Numbered from the stretch's first letter, positions 1 through 12,133 are shown. The stretch: 64,000 nt of DNA from Thecamonas trahens ATCC 50062 (GCF_000142905.1 NW_013657653.1:367008-431007); one strand, 5' to 3'. Notes: generated by a model not told the origin, from the letters alone. Made by a program: numbers and translations.

Positions 1-186
1 GGCCGTCGATGCATACGACGAGACCCACAGCGAGTTCTCGACGTCTTCCCCGGTGGCCAGCTTGAGATCCAGGATCTCGTTGGCGATCTGCTGTGAGATG
101 AACCGCTTCTCCGACCGAAAGTTGTCGAGATCAATGTCCTTGTTCCGTCTCTTGAGGTCTTTGCGATGAGGATTGAGATGAGCCAT
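1..186 (-). CDS. 5' part of a hypothetical protein running off the left edge (MAHLNPHRKDLKRRNKDIDLDNFRSEKRFISQQIANEILDLK...)
   Basis: Manual translation. ATG at 186-184 in CACC-ATG-G context; 62 open codons with GC3-rich usage up to position 1. Not in the ORF track. Confidence 0.6.
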   Translation of the reverse strand, partial: MAHLNPHRKDLKRRNKDIDLDNFRSEKRFISQQIANEILDLKLATGEDVENSLWVSSYASTA

Positions 187-840
187 GGTGATCTGTTAGC
201 CTAGCCACAGCCGCCCAAGTCGCCCAAGCCCAGCCGTCCAAGTCGCCCAAGCCCAGCCGTCCACCAGCACACCAGCCCAGCCGCACACCAGCCCAGCCGC
301 ACACCAGCCCAGCACCAGCACAGCACAAGCACCAGCACAGCACAAGCACCAGACCAACCACACACATACCCATATCAGTCGGTCAGTCCCCTCCCCCTCC
401 CCCTCCCCGTCCCCTCATCCCCCTCCCCCTCCCCTCCCCTCCCCTCCCCCTCCCCCCTCCCCCTTTCTCCGCATGTCGCATTGCGCTCCCCCCCCCTTCA
501 GCCCCACTGCTCCACTGCCCCCCCCCTCCCCCATCCCCATCAACCACACACATACCTAGAACAACACACTGTAGTCGCCCCGGTATTGCGCGTTCTGCGC
601 CTGGTGGGCTAGGTGGGGGCTGGCTAGGGGTGGACGGTGCGGGTGGTCGCCTCGCCGTCAGCACGGGAAAAGAGTCAGGCGTGGTTTGTGTTGGTGAGGT
701 AGATTGGTCGCCTCTTGTGGGGGGAGACGGTGAGACCGGTCGCCACAGTCGGGCTGCTGGCTGCTAGAGGACGGAGAGTGTACTGGAGATCAATTGGATC
801 CAGAACGAGGGGGGGGGGGGGTGGGGGGGGGAGGGGGCTA

Positions 841-3800
841 TTAGAGACGCGGGTCATCATCGCGGGTGTGGGCAGCGGTAGGAGCGGGGGCAGGAGGCGC
901 AGGCTCGGGGCGCGAGCCACAGCACCCGCCGCTGTTGGTGGTGGCGGTGGGGTGAGGCGACGGGGCAGACGATGGGGTGGGCGGGAGTGGCGGCTGTGGA
1001 CGAGTCGACTTGCGCCGCCGCGGGAGGCCAGTCGGCCCGGGGGTGGGGCGGGAGGCGCCAGTCGCCGAGCGCGAGCGATTGAGCAGCGGCCCAGGCGGTG
1101 GTGGTGCAGAGAGCCCGCGTCGCGGACGGGTCGCCGCTGGCGCTTCGCCGAGAGCGTCGAGCACATGCGTCCCGACCGAGTGGATCTGGACATTCGGCTG
1201 GAACTCGCGGGTGACTGTGGCAACAATCGCTGCGGCGCCCGACGCCTTGAGCGCAACAAGCGTCGGCGGATGGGTGACCAGTCGCTTGAGCGCAAGCAGG
1301 CAGTGAAGGAGGAGCGGCGCCACGGTGGGAAAGGCCGCCATCAGTGCCCCGATCCGCTCCGGAACGCCGGCTTCTAGAAGCGCGTCCTGGACCTCGTCCG
1401 GGCCCGAAGCAAAGGCCCGGAGCATGGCCGCGAGCTCGACGTTGACTTTTTCCGACCATACCTGCGGCGCGTCGAGGATGCGGACAAGGCCTGGCAGTAA
1501 GTCCGGGAGTCCCGTCAGGGCGGGCAGCAGACTGGCATCCGACGCGAGCGCTAGGTTGCGCAGCAGCGCAATAAGCCGTGCCATGCCGGCCGACACGTCG
1601 CTGGTGACTTGCGAGACAAAGGCAGTGCGCGCCTGTGCGGCGGCGGGCAGGTCGTCGAGCATCCGGGTGTCCGAGTCCAGCCGCTGGCGGGCCTGGAACT
1701 GCACCACGGTGGCGCGTCGGGCGGCGAAGAGGACTGCGAGCGCGTGCGGGAGATCACTGCTGCTCTCGCCGCCGTCACCGCCATTGTCGTCGGTGAGCCG
1801 CTCTAGCTCCACGCCGTCGAGCGAGGCGGCAGCGCGCTCGTAGATGCGCATGGCAGCGACAAGCAGGTCAGGTGACGGCAGCGCTACGTAGACCGGAGCG
1901 CGGAAGACGTCCGATGAGGTGACGTTGCGTAGGATGCCGACACCTACGGTGAGGATCGGGGTATAAGCCGATGCGCGGGTCGCCGCGCTAGCGAGGGTGG
2001 TGAGAATGAGGCCCATGCCGCGCGACATTTCCATAAACATCGACCGCCCGCGCGGCGCCGAGACGAGCTCGAGGATGACGGAGAGCGCCTGGGCGACGAT
2101 CTGGGCATGGTCGGCGTACTTGTTGAGGAGGCGAAAGAGGAGCTTAAAGGCGGTGGTGTCGGCGAGGAGCACGTTGTAGAGCGGTGGCGAGAGCGCGCAC
2201 TTGCGTAGGACGCCGAGTCCGTGAAAAACAGCAGCGGGATGTAAAGGCCGATGCCCGACTGCGGCGCGGCCTCGAGCGAGCCGTCGGCAACCGAGGCGAG
2301 TCGGAGTATGGTCAGTCGGAGGAGGCCCGAGTTGAGGACAACGACTCGGTTGCGGGCGTTGGCGCAAAAGTCAGCCAGGACCGCGAGCGCGAGCGCGAGC
2401 TCGGTTGGCGCCACTGTGTGGTGCTTGAGCATCTGCTTGAGCTTGACCAGCACAACCTTCGACTGCCGGATGTGGGTGACGGCGAGCTCGCCGCGGGTGA
2501 AGCGGAGGAGCATGCGGAGGCCGAGCCGGACCACGCCCGGGTTCTGGAAGTGGTTGTGGACGACCCGGACGAGCTCGTCAGTCATGATGAGGACGAGCGC
2601 GCGCGAGTGCTCCAGCCCGTACCGCGCCTGCTTGTCAAAGAGTGCGTCAAGCTCGCTGAGCGTGGTGAGCTGAACGTGTGCCGACGCGGATTCGCTGCGG
2701 AGCCGGGCAACCGTGGCGCGGGTGTGGGTGAGCAGGGCGTTGAGCGCAATGTCCCGCTCGGCGGCGACGGCGGCGCGGTCCGGATCGAGCGGCGCTTCGA
2801 AGACAAGCCGGTCGAGGACAGCATGAAACTGGGCGGCGGTCGGGCGGGCGTGCGGGTTGGCCGACCATCCGGCGCGGACCAGGCTGGCCAGTTCGCCGGG
2901 CACCTCGGGCCTCAGCGGCACGACGTTGCCCGGCGACTCGCGGAGGTTGGCCGGTCGCTGGCCGCGGTACGGCTGGCGGAGGTAGCCCGAGAAAGAGGCG
3001 TCAAAGGCGAACCAGACCAGGGTGGCAAACGACCACACGTCGGCGGCTGGCGTCCGGGCTCGAGCATTGCCCAGCTCGCCATACTTGAGCAGCTCGGGTG
3101 CGCCGTAGAGGCTCGAGACAACGAGCGGTGCGTCGAGCACGTTCATCAGATTGGCCACGCCCGGCTCGGCAAGCAACGCCGTGTAGTCGGTGTCGATGAG
3201 CACATTTGATGGCTTAAGGTTGCCGTGCGCCACGCCGGCCGAGTGCAGAAAGGCCAGGCCAGCGGCGGCGTCGCGAAGGACCTTGAGCACTTGAATGACG
3301 CCCATGTCACGGAACGACGGTGCGTAGACAAGATCCTCGAGCGAGAGGTGCGAGCGGACCAGCTGCGAGACAAGGATGAGCGACGAAGGGTAGTCCTCAA
3401 GCACAACGCCAATGTAAGAGACAACAGACATGTGTGTGGTGGCCGAGACAAGGGCGGTGAGCTGGGTGGTGAGCGCAACAACGCCGTCGCGGCTGACCGT
3501 CTGCGAAGCTGCGAGCTCGCCCGATAGTGCGAGTCGTCGCACAAAGACATCGGCCGATAGGTAGCGGGCCGGCTTGGACGCGTTGGTCTCGAGCTGCGAC
3601 GCCTCTTCGACATCGGTTTCGAGCTCGGGTGGAAAGGTGAGGGCAGACAAAGGAATGAGGTTGAGTTGGGAGGCAGGAATAACGACAACCGGCGAGGTGT
3701 CGTCGGTCGAGGCCAGCGACGCGCTAGCGCCACCGAGTGTGAGCGTGACGGTCGCATCTGGGTCGAGGAGTGAGACTGCGTACTCGAGCTGGCCGTCGGC

Positions 3801-3869
3801 GTTGAGGGTGGCGGTGGTCTGGAGCGCATGCGCGGTGCGGGTGGCCGCCGCGTCCGCGTTTGCGAGTCC

Positions 3870-3908
<39 letters not shown>

Positions 3909-5700
3909 GCAAGCGGGATCCGACTCGAGCTGCGGCCGGCTTGGTCCCCCGCCTTCGTCCGACTCTGACTCTCCATCCGGATGCTCGACCGGGAGCAGAA
4001 CCGTGCCTCCCTCGGCATCGTCATCAGAGTCTGACAAAGCGCGCCGGCCACGGCCCGGGAGCTTGGCCGTCCGCAGCGCGTCGGGGAGGGCGTCAGAGAA
4101 CGATGGTGCTGCCGTTGAGGCGTTGACCGGCGTGCCTGGGGTCGCGGCGTCGGCAGCGATGCCTGTGAGTGCATCGCGCGGGTCCGCGGCATCATGGACC
4201 GAGCGGCGCGACGAGCCGAGTAGCGTGCGGGTACCGGAGACATGGCGCTCGATGGCGGCAACCCACGCCTTGCACCGCTTGACGGTGGGGCGGTGAACGG
4301 GAGTTCGCGGCCTGACTCCAGGCGGATGGTGAAGTGCTTCTTGGAGCGCTTGACGGGAAGGACGCGGAGGACGACGCCGACGCGATCGCCACCTAGAAAC
4401 AGGATGCCGCACTCGACCGAGTACACGTTGGGCGGGAGGACCGCGCGGGGGTCCTTGGGCATGTTCTTGGACTTGGCTAGGATGACCCGAGGCGGGCTGG
4501 TGTCGGGCAGGCCGGACCACAGGACGCGGAGCAGGGCAAAGCGGCGCCGTCGGGCAGTGGCGGGTCGAGGATGCCTTCAAAGTCGTCATGGATGAGGTCG
4601 GCTGGTGTAGCGCCGGTGCTGGTCTTGGCCGCCACCGGGACGCCGAGCGCAAGGCCGCGAGCAACCAGCGGGCGTGAGCCGATGGCTACGGCAGCGTGGA
4701 GGAGCGTCGCAGACGCAGCGTCGGTTAGCGACGCCAGCGTCACCTGGTCGTCACCTGGCCACGCGTTGAGGATAAGCTGGAGCGTGAAAAGGTCGTGATG
4801 AGTGATGGCTTCGGTGAAGCGGACCATGCGAAGAATGTCCTCGAGAGCGGCCACAATGTCCGGAAACCGCGGGCGGGCAGCTGGCTCGCGCTCGAGGCAG
4901 GCAGCGACAAGGTCGACAAGGGGCGCCGGCCAGGCGCTGCTGTCGATGCGTGGCAGTGTGGCGTACTCGTTGTCGCGGCCGTTTGGCCAGGCGCGGATGC
5001 CGGTGATGACCTCGTGTGCCACGACCCCAAAGGAAAAGACGTCTGCCGGGGGATCCTGCTCGCGGCCGGCGAGGACCTCGGGCGCCATGTATGCGCGGGT
5101 TCCGCCGGTAACGGCGTTGTGCTCGTCGTGAGGCAGCGCAAAAGCCGAGAGGCCAAAGTCGGCAATCTTAGCCGTCTGGGTGGCTGCCTCGATGAGGATG
5201 TTGTCGGGCTTGAGATCGCGGTGCAGCATGCCGCGAGCGTGCAAGTACGCCATGCCGCGGGCAACGTCGAGCAGCGCATTCACCCGCGCCGAGTCGGAAG
5301 CAAACCGTTCCGCAGGATGCGGCGAGAACATCTTTGTCTTGAGTGGGCCTCCATCAACATACTCCATAACAATGGCAAGGTCGGGCAGATCGAGCGCCGC
5401 CGCCACAAAGCCTGTGCAGTTTGGATGAGCCGAGACCTGGGAAATGGCCGCCACCTCTGCCACAAACGCCCTTGCCGTCGCCAGCTGAGCCTCATCATCG
5501 CCATCGCCATCGCCATCGCCATCGCCGTCCCCTGCTCTGCTTCTTCTGTGGAAGGTCTTGACCGCCACCGGTCTGTCCATGTATCGCCCACGGTGGACTG
5601 CGCCAAAGGCCCCGGAGCCGAGCTGCTTGTCCAGCCGGACCTCACGGAGGGAGACGGTGAGGAACGGCGAGGTGGAGGGAGGCCGTATGGAGAGCGACAT
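841..5700 (-). CDS. Multidomain protein: TKL-type kinase - ankyrin repeat - PH domain - pseudokinase - armadillo-like repeats (~1620 aa after repairing 3 frameshifts)
   Basis: Kinase 1: GSGAFG, VAVK, HRDLKPDN, DFG, APE. ANK-like TLLHAAVAIGSRPLV. PH-like RRRRFALLRV...KHFTIRLESGRELPFTAPTVKRCKAWVAAIE. Kinase 2: HGNLKPSN, LAEPG, GAPE. Helical ARM-like C-terminal repeats. Four ORF pieces join by +1 base at runs 4562-4564, 4287-4290 and 2224-2228. Confidence 0.7.
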
Positions 5701-6397
5701 GGGGGTGGGGGTGGGGGGTGGGGGGTGGGGGGGTGGGTGGGGGAGTGGGGGAAGTGGGGGTGGTGAGGTGGTGCCAATGAGTGGCGATTGCGGTGGCTGT
5801 GGCGGGTGAGTGACCGGCGGTAAAGGGGGGGGGGGGGGGGGGGTGGATGTGTTGCGATCAAAGTGATGGTAGTGGTGAGGGTGGCAGTGGTGAGGGTGGT
5901 AGTGGTGAGGGTGGTGGTAGGTAGTGGTAGGTAGTGGTGGGTAGTGGTAGGTAGTGGTGGGTGGTGGTGGACGGGATCTGGCTGCCACCATGCCCATCTG
6001 CGCTACCTTGTTCGCGCGCGCATGCATGCTTACATGGTGTGCACAGGCACGAGCATGGAGTTGAGCATGGAGTTGAGCATGGGTAGCGATGTGGAGGTGG
6101 AGAGGGTTGTATCGTTATAGGGGCGCCGATGGACGCGATGATCGTGCTTTGGGGTGTATGAGACGGCAGCTGAGGCAAAGTCTTTGCGCGACGATTGATC
6201 TGGAGTTTTCCAGACCGACAGGGAAAAGGAACTGCACGAGGCATGCAGAAGCTCCCTGAAGCGACTGGGCACTGCTGGGCACTGCTGGGCAGTTTATAGT
6301 TGCGATGATGAGAGCGTCGCTTGCGCGGGAGCGGGCGCAGACCGATCTGCGTGCATGTGGGCGAGCGATGGGCTGGTGACAAGAGCGAGTGGAGCGA

Positions 6398-8913
6398 TTA
6401 GGAGTAAAGCGGAACGGCGCCGCGCGAGAGCGAGCGCATCGGCATGTGCGGCGGAGGCGGCTGGCGGTCGGCGAGGCGGCCGTCAAGCGCAGTGAGCGGG
6501 CGGTAGTTGGCAAGGCTCGAGCGCTCGGCATACGGTTCGAGTGGGACAAAGTGTCGCGGGCGCTGGTCCTGGACCTGGCGGACGACCCGGCGCGGATGCG
6601 GCGGTGCCCAAGCGGCGGATGGGCCCGGAGCGTGCGGCGGGTGGAGCCAGCCGGGCGACGGCGAGCGCGAGCCGGAGCGCGAACGATCGCGCCCGCGTGA
6701 GTGGCGGCGGGCATCGACAGGCGCGCCGGGCGTGTACGGTGACGGCGAGGGGAAGCGGTAGCGGAGCGGTGAGGCCGGGCGAGAGGCGCGCGACTCGCCC
6801 TTGCGCGAGCTCTTCAGCGAGCGTGCACGCTTAGATGAGGCAGGCGGCAGGAGGTCGGTGGGAGGCGGGAGGCGGCCGATGCGGGAGCGGGAGCGGGAGC
6901 GCGACCGTTCACGTTCCTGCTCGCGATCGCGCGAGCGTGAGCGAGCACGGTGATGGCCGGTTGGCTTGTGGGTATGGCGGCGGCGGCGGCGGCGGCGACG
7001 GGTGGTCGATGTCTGCGAGCGCGGGTGGCTGCTGCGCGAGGCGGCCGGCGGCGGCGGCGGGGCCTGGGCCTCCTTGAGGAATGCCTTGACGGTCGGGTCG
7101 AGCTCGGGCTCGGCCGAGGGTGCGCGGTGCGAGAGCGAGAGCGGGCGGATGGCGAGATGCGAGTCCGAGTCCTCTGAGGCCGTGAGGGTCTCGACGTCGG
7201 CGACCTTGGAATTGTGCTTGGCGACGACGGCGTCCCACTTTGCGCGGACCGGGTCAAAGTAGGGATGGGCGAGCGCGTCAGCGGCGGTGAAGCGGTGCTC
7301 GGGATCGTAGACGAGGATGGAAGAGAGGAGGTCGATGGCGTCCGGGACGGCGAGGTGGCGGTTGCCCGACGAGGCAAGCTTGGAGAAGCGGCGTCGCGTG
7401 GGCTTGATGCCGGGCTCGTAGGCAATGAGAGCCGCGGGCGAGTACTTTTCGTCGTTGTCAAAGCCGTAGCGGGCGCGGAACTTGCGGTAGTCGTGCATGC
7501 CGAGGAACTTGACGATGACGGCCAGCTGGGCGACGTTTGCAGCGTCGCGGTCTTCGTAGTGGCGGGCGTGGAAGAGCGGGTAGCGGGCAAAGAGGAGCGA
7601 GCCCATGACACAGCCAAAGGCCCACATATCGACGGCGTAGTCGTAGTACTTGTAGTGGTGGAACATTTCTGGCGCACGGTAGGGCCGGGTGCCGGGCCAC
7701 TTGCGGAACTTGCGGCCACGGATGTAAAAGGCGCCAAAACCCCAGTCGATGAGCCGGAACATTGACGTCGCCGGGTTGTACAGGATGTTGCGGGCTTTGA
7801 CGTCGCGGTGGATGATGCCGCGCGAGTGGGTGTAGTCGAGAGCGAGTAGGGCCTGGTAGAGGTAGGAGCGCGCGTCGAGGTCGTCAAAGGTCTTGAACGA
7901 GTGGCGGTAGTCAGGGTTCTCCACATAGTCAAAGACGAGGGCCTTGACCTTGCGGACCGGGTCGACAAACGTGTCGCGGAGGTCGATGATGTGGTAGCCC
8001 TTGCGGAGGAGGCGGAGCATGCGGATTTCGTTCTTGACCAAGTACGGGTTCTCCTTCTCGGGCTTGATAGTCTTGATGACCAGTCTCTTCCCGGTCTCGC
8101 GGTCCTTGGCAAGGTACACGTCGCCAAAGCCGCCAGACCCGACCTTCTTGTCCCACAGGATCTTGTACCGCGACGACGACGACCACCGCAGCTGGTAGCC
8201 CGGAATGTCGTAGCGGGAGCGATTGCTGGCAAACTCGTCGTTGACGTGGGCATAGACTTGGGCGGTGTGACTCGGCGGCAGTTGCTCGCTCAGCTGAGAG
8301 AAGACCGACTCGGAGGACTCGGGCATCGTCGACGACGTGTCGGACGAGACCGTTACTGACGAGAGCGATGAAAGCAAGTTGGACGAGTCCAGCTCGGACG
8401 CCAGCTTTGAGACCAGCGACGTTGCCAGCTCAGATTCCAGCGGCGATGATGCTGACGACTCAGACGATTCCGACCGAAGTCCGCGCCCGGTCTTTCCGGC
8501 TCTCCGAGGCACAACTGCCAGCGACGACGACGACGATGATGGCGACGACGACGACGATGACGAGACAAGCGGCGTGGGAAGCGAGGAGGGCGACGAGCGC
8601 TTGCGTCGCCTACGCCGTCTGCGCCGCTTTGTGTGCGACCGCACTTGCGTCACCGACTCGGGCGAGGGCGAGCGAAACGAGTCCATGTGAGACGACGACG
8701 ACGTTCTCTTCCGCGACTTTGACGGCTTTGCCGACTTTGACGGCTTTGCCAACTTGGCATGTTTGGCCGACTTGACCGACTTGGCGCCCTTCCTTCGTCT
8801 CGGCTTGGCAGAGCCCTTGTGGGCAAGGAGGTGAGTGGTGGTGGTGGGCCGGAGCGTTCAGGGGGTAGAGGGGAGGGGGGGGGGGCTATGGGGAAGAGCA
8901 TGCGTACTGCCAT
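6398..8913 (-). CDS. Divergent casein kinase II alpha-like kinase with Ser/Arg-rich N- and C-terminal extensions
   Basis: AQVYAHVN, IIHRDVKARN, RLIDWG, YDYAVDMWAFGC, AIDLLSSILVYDPEHRFTAADALAHPYFDPVR are CK2alpha hallmarks. Predicted 6-nt first exon ATG GCA (8913-8908) and intron 8907-8816 (GTACGC...CTCAC...AAG) keep the frame. Confidence 0.8.
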
Positions 8914-9241
8914 GATAGAGTGGCAGTGGTGGTGGTGGTGGTGGTGGTGGTGGTGGTGGTGGTGGGTGGAGTGGGTGGAGTGGGTGCGGGGTGTACTCTG
9001 GCGTGGCAGGCAGTCGTCGGCGAGCGAGTGGCCGGCAAGCGAGTGGTTGGCCGGCTGGTGCCAAGTCGGTGGTTGGCGCCAAGTCGGCGAGGTGGGCGGG
9101 CGCGCGCGCGCCAAGTCGGCCAGGTTGCGTTCGGGCTTGGGGTAGGGCTTGGGTTTTGGGCTTGGGCTTGGGCTTGGGCTTGGTCTTGGGCTTGGTCTTG
9201 GGCTCGGGACCACAGCTCTACGTTCTGTGGCCACACCGTTT

Positions 9242-10321
9242 ATGCGTCGACTGGGAGGTTCTGTGGTTGTACGCCTGCCGCTGGCGGTGGTGATGGCTGT
9301 GGGCGTGCTGGGCGTGACAGGGGTGGCGGCGGTGACCCTGGCCAGTTGGCGGTGGCGGCGGGAGGATGAGGCGGATGGGGACGGTGGGACGACAAAGAAG
9401 AAGGCGGCGGCGGATGGAAGCGTGGCACGTCAGGAAAGATCGGCTGGAGCGACGGCGGCGTATGGCTTTGTGGCGGATGCGGATGTGAGCAATGGGAGTC
9501 TTGCGCCCATGGCGCTTGCGGCCGAGTCCGAGGCTGCGCAAAAGGCGCTGATGGAGGCGGAGGGATGGGTGAGGGATGAGCCAGTGTGGGCGGGGTGGGT
9601 GGAGCAAGGCGGATCAGTGTGTGCGGCGGCGGCGGTGGCGGGCGCGTGGAACGCTGCCCACGGCCAGAGCCTTGTGGCTCACTTGGGCAAGCCGGCGCAC
9701 GGTCTCGCACTGTGCACCCGCGACGTGCTTGACGTGTACGAGGCCATGCTTGGGAAGAAGGGCGGGAGCAAGCTCTACCGCAACAAGGCCAACACCAAGG
9801 CAAAGATGTCGACGTGGTGCATCGGCAACGACAAGATTATCCGGGCGGTCAAGTCCGCGCACACCAAGGTCCGCAACGGGAACACCCACCTGCGGACGAC
9901 GGCGCGGACGTACATCAACACCAAAGAGCTCGACAAGACCGGAGAGGCACCGGAGCGCAATCATGCAGCATGGGAGGCAGTCAAGACCGCGCTGGCGACG
10001 CCGCGAGTCGTGCTCCTCTTCCACACCAAGAATCACTACTGCCTCATCTCGGCCTGGCGCGAGGTCCGCGACGATGAGTCTGGTACGCTCCGCCGCCAGC
10101 TCATGTTTGCGCCCAAGGGCCAGCGCCCGGACCGGGTCATCGACTGGGACGACGTCGTCCGCATCATCACCCACTACAAGACGTACAAAATACTGCGCAT
10201 CGAGGGCTACTCGGTGACCGACCCGGCCATGGCCATGTCGGACGACGCGCTGCCGCCGTCGTCCGAGGCCGGTGATGTGCCGGTGGTGTGGATGGGAGCT
10301 GACGGTGAGGCCGCAAAGTAG
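9242..10321 (+). CDS. BIVM-like / papain-like (peptidase C39-related) fold protein with N-terminal hydrophobic anchor
   Basis: EQGGSVCAAAAVAGAWN (Q..C), CIGNDKII, LLFHTKNHYCLI (NHY), IDWDDV resemble the BIVM motif order. Start codon uncertain (9242 or 9293). Confidence 0.55.
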   Translation: MRRLGGSVVVRLPLAVVMAVGVLGVTGVAAVTLASWRWRREDEADGDGGTTKKKAAADGSVARQERSAGATAAYGFVADADVSNGSLAPMALAAESEAAQKALMEAEGWVRDEPVWAGWVEQGGSVCAAAAVAGAWNAAHGQSLVAHLGKPAHGLALCTRDVLDVYEAMLGKKGGSKLYRNKANTKAKMSTWCIGNDKIIRAVKSAHTKVRNGNTHLRTTARTYINTKELDKTGEAPERNHAAWEAVKTALATPRVVLLFHTKNHYCLISAWREVRDDESGTLRRQLMFAPKGQRPDRVIDWDDVVRIITHYKTYKILRIEGYSVTDPAMAMSDDALPPSSEAGDVPVVWMGADGEAAK

Positions 10322-10342
10322 AGCTGCTTTAAAGCGCGGCCG

Positions 10343-11817
10343 CTACAAGAGCGGCGCCAGCACGTCGTCGTCGGAAGAGAGACCGAGATCAAGGCTTGCG
10401 AGCGCAGGAGCCGGCGAGGCGTGCTGAGGAGAGGCCTGAGGAGAGTCGCTGCCCTCGGCACCGCCTGCGGCGCCGGTGTCGACAGGAACATCGTGTTGAG
10501 CGCCGGGCGCGTCGTCAGCGCCGGCATCACGAGCAACATCGGCGTCATACTCGGCTTCAGACTCGGCGTCAGACTCGGAGGGTGGCGAGAGCGCGCCGCG
10601 GCAGGTCGGGCATTCGGCCTTGCGAGCGACCCACTCGGCGATGCAGTCTGCGTGGAAGACGTGCGAGCAGGGCAGGCGGCGCGAGGGCTCGCCGTCGACC
10701 AGATCCTCGAGGCAGATGACACAGGTGTCGGGCGCGTCAGCAGTGAGCGGGAGTTCGTAGGGGCTCGCGGGCGCCAGCGCTTCCAGGGCGCGGACGGAGA
10801 GGGTGGGCGGGCCAGAGGCGTCAGCGTCAGCAGCGGCGGCGCGCTGGGCCTGGATGGAGCGGTCGAGGGCGGCGAGGGTGTAGGAGACAGCCATGATCCA
10901 GAGAGCAAAGCTGACGACAAAGAGCGGGACGCCAATCCAGAGCGGAATAAACGCGGCGCGAAGTGAGTACGCGGCCGGATGCCGGAGCTTGTAGGCGACA
11001 GTGGCGATGAGGGCGACCCAGGTGGCGAGGATGTCGACAATGACAAACGAGAGGAGGCGGCCGATGGCCGGCGACGACTGGAGAAGGAACGTGATCGACG
11101 CGCCGGTGACTGCGCGGTCCGACGTGTCGAGGCCGACCGAGAGCAGCTGAAAGAGAAGGGCGTGGATGATGCGGCGCCACTGGAGCGGCCAGATGACAAG
11201 CAGTGTCACCGGGATGTAGGCGAGGGCGAGCGCCGGGGCGGCCCAGGCGAGGTGCGAGGCGCCGTCGACCCGCAGCGCAACAAGAAGCGATGCAACCCAG
11301 GCAAAGAGAGCCATGGCCGCCGACGTTGCCGAGACCAGGTTCCATCCCGAGTAGTAGCGGTACGAGTACGAGGTTGCGGCAGCAGTGGCGATGGCGGCCG
11401 GGAGCGCCAGCAGCAGCACGAGCGAGGCAGAGACCGCGCCCGAGACACGGACGAGGACGCCGAGCTCAGCCAAAAAGCAGCAGCAAAAGCCAGCGCATGC
11501 ATCGCCGTCAGATCAGAGCGGAAGACGCCTCTGATGCGAATGCCTCGGCAGGTGCACATGCAGGTCATGGCGAGCGCCGGGAGGAAGACAGTAGGCCAGG
11601 GCCACGAGAGCAAGCCATCGACCTTGAGAGCAAGCAGGAGCGGGAAGAGGAGGAGCGAGAGGGTGATGACACCCAGGACGAGGACACCAGCACACAGATA
11701 CAAACAGGCCACCGTGAGAAGGACGCCAGGAGGAATGCCTTCGCCACGCGCCGCCCGGACCACTTCGGGCCGTCGCCGCCGCCGTCGTTGCCCCGGTTGA
11801 CCGGTGGGTGCAAGCAT
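10343..11817 (-). CDS. Multi-pass membrane RING-H2 E3 ubiquitin ligase with TMEM185/FAM11-like transmembrane repeats
   Basis: C-terminal CVICLEDL...LPCSHVFHADCIAEW...CPTCR. TM motifs LLLALKVDGLLSWPWPTVFLP and AFIPLWIG. Two ORFs join by +1 base at run 11472-11476. Confidence 0.8.
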
Positions 11818-11889
11818 GGGTGAAGGGTATGAATATGTGTGTGTATGTGTGTGTGTGTGGGTGGGGGATAGTGGTGGTGGTGGTGGGTG

Positions 11890-11923
<34 letters not shown>

Positions 11924-12133
11924 TGTTGTTCGGGCGGAAGGAGGTAGGGTGCGAACCGAAGGCGACCGTGGTGCGGGTGGTGTGGTTGTCGTCGCGCGGG
12001 GAAGCTGGTGTGAAACTATGGGACGATGGATGGATGATCGGGTATGGGCTGCAGCAGCTGCTCGATCATGGTGTGTGTGTGGCTAGTTGGATAGCTAGCA
12101 GTGTGGTAGGTGTGCAGGTGGATTGGGTGGCGT

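Noticed and set aside
380-840. Poly-C/poly-G tracts and (GGT)n, (GT)n, (GGGGAT)n microsatellites as telomeric repeats or coding exons
   Set aside because: Irregular low-complexity intergenic or intronic DNA found throughout the window; no TTAGGG arrays.
841-5700. Treating the frameshifted genes as pseudogenes
   Set aside because: Motifs are intact on both sides with no in-frame stops or decay, and every break lies in a homopolymer.
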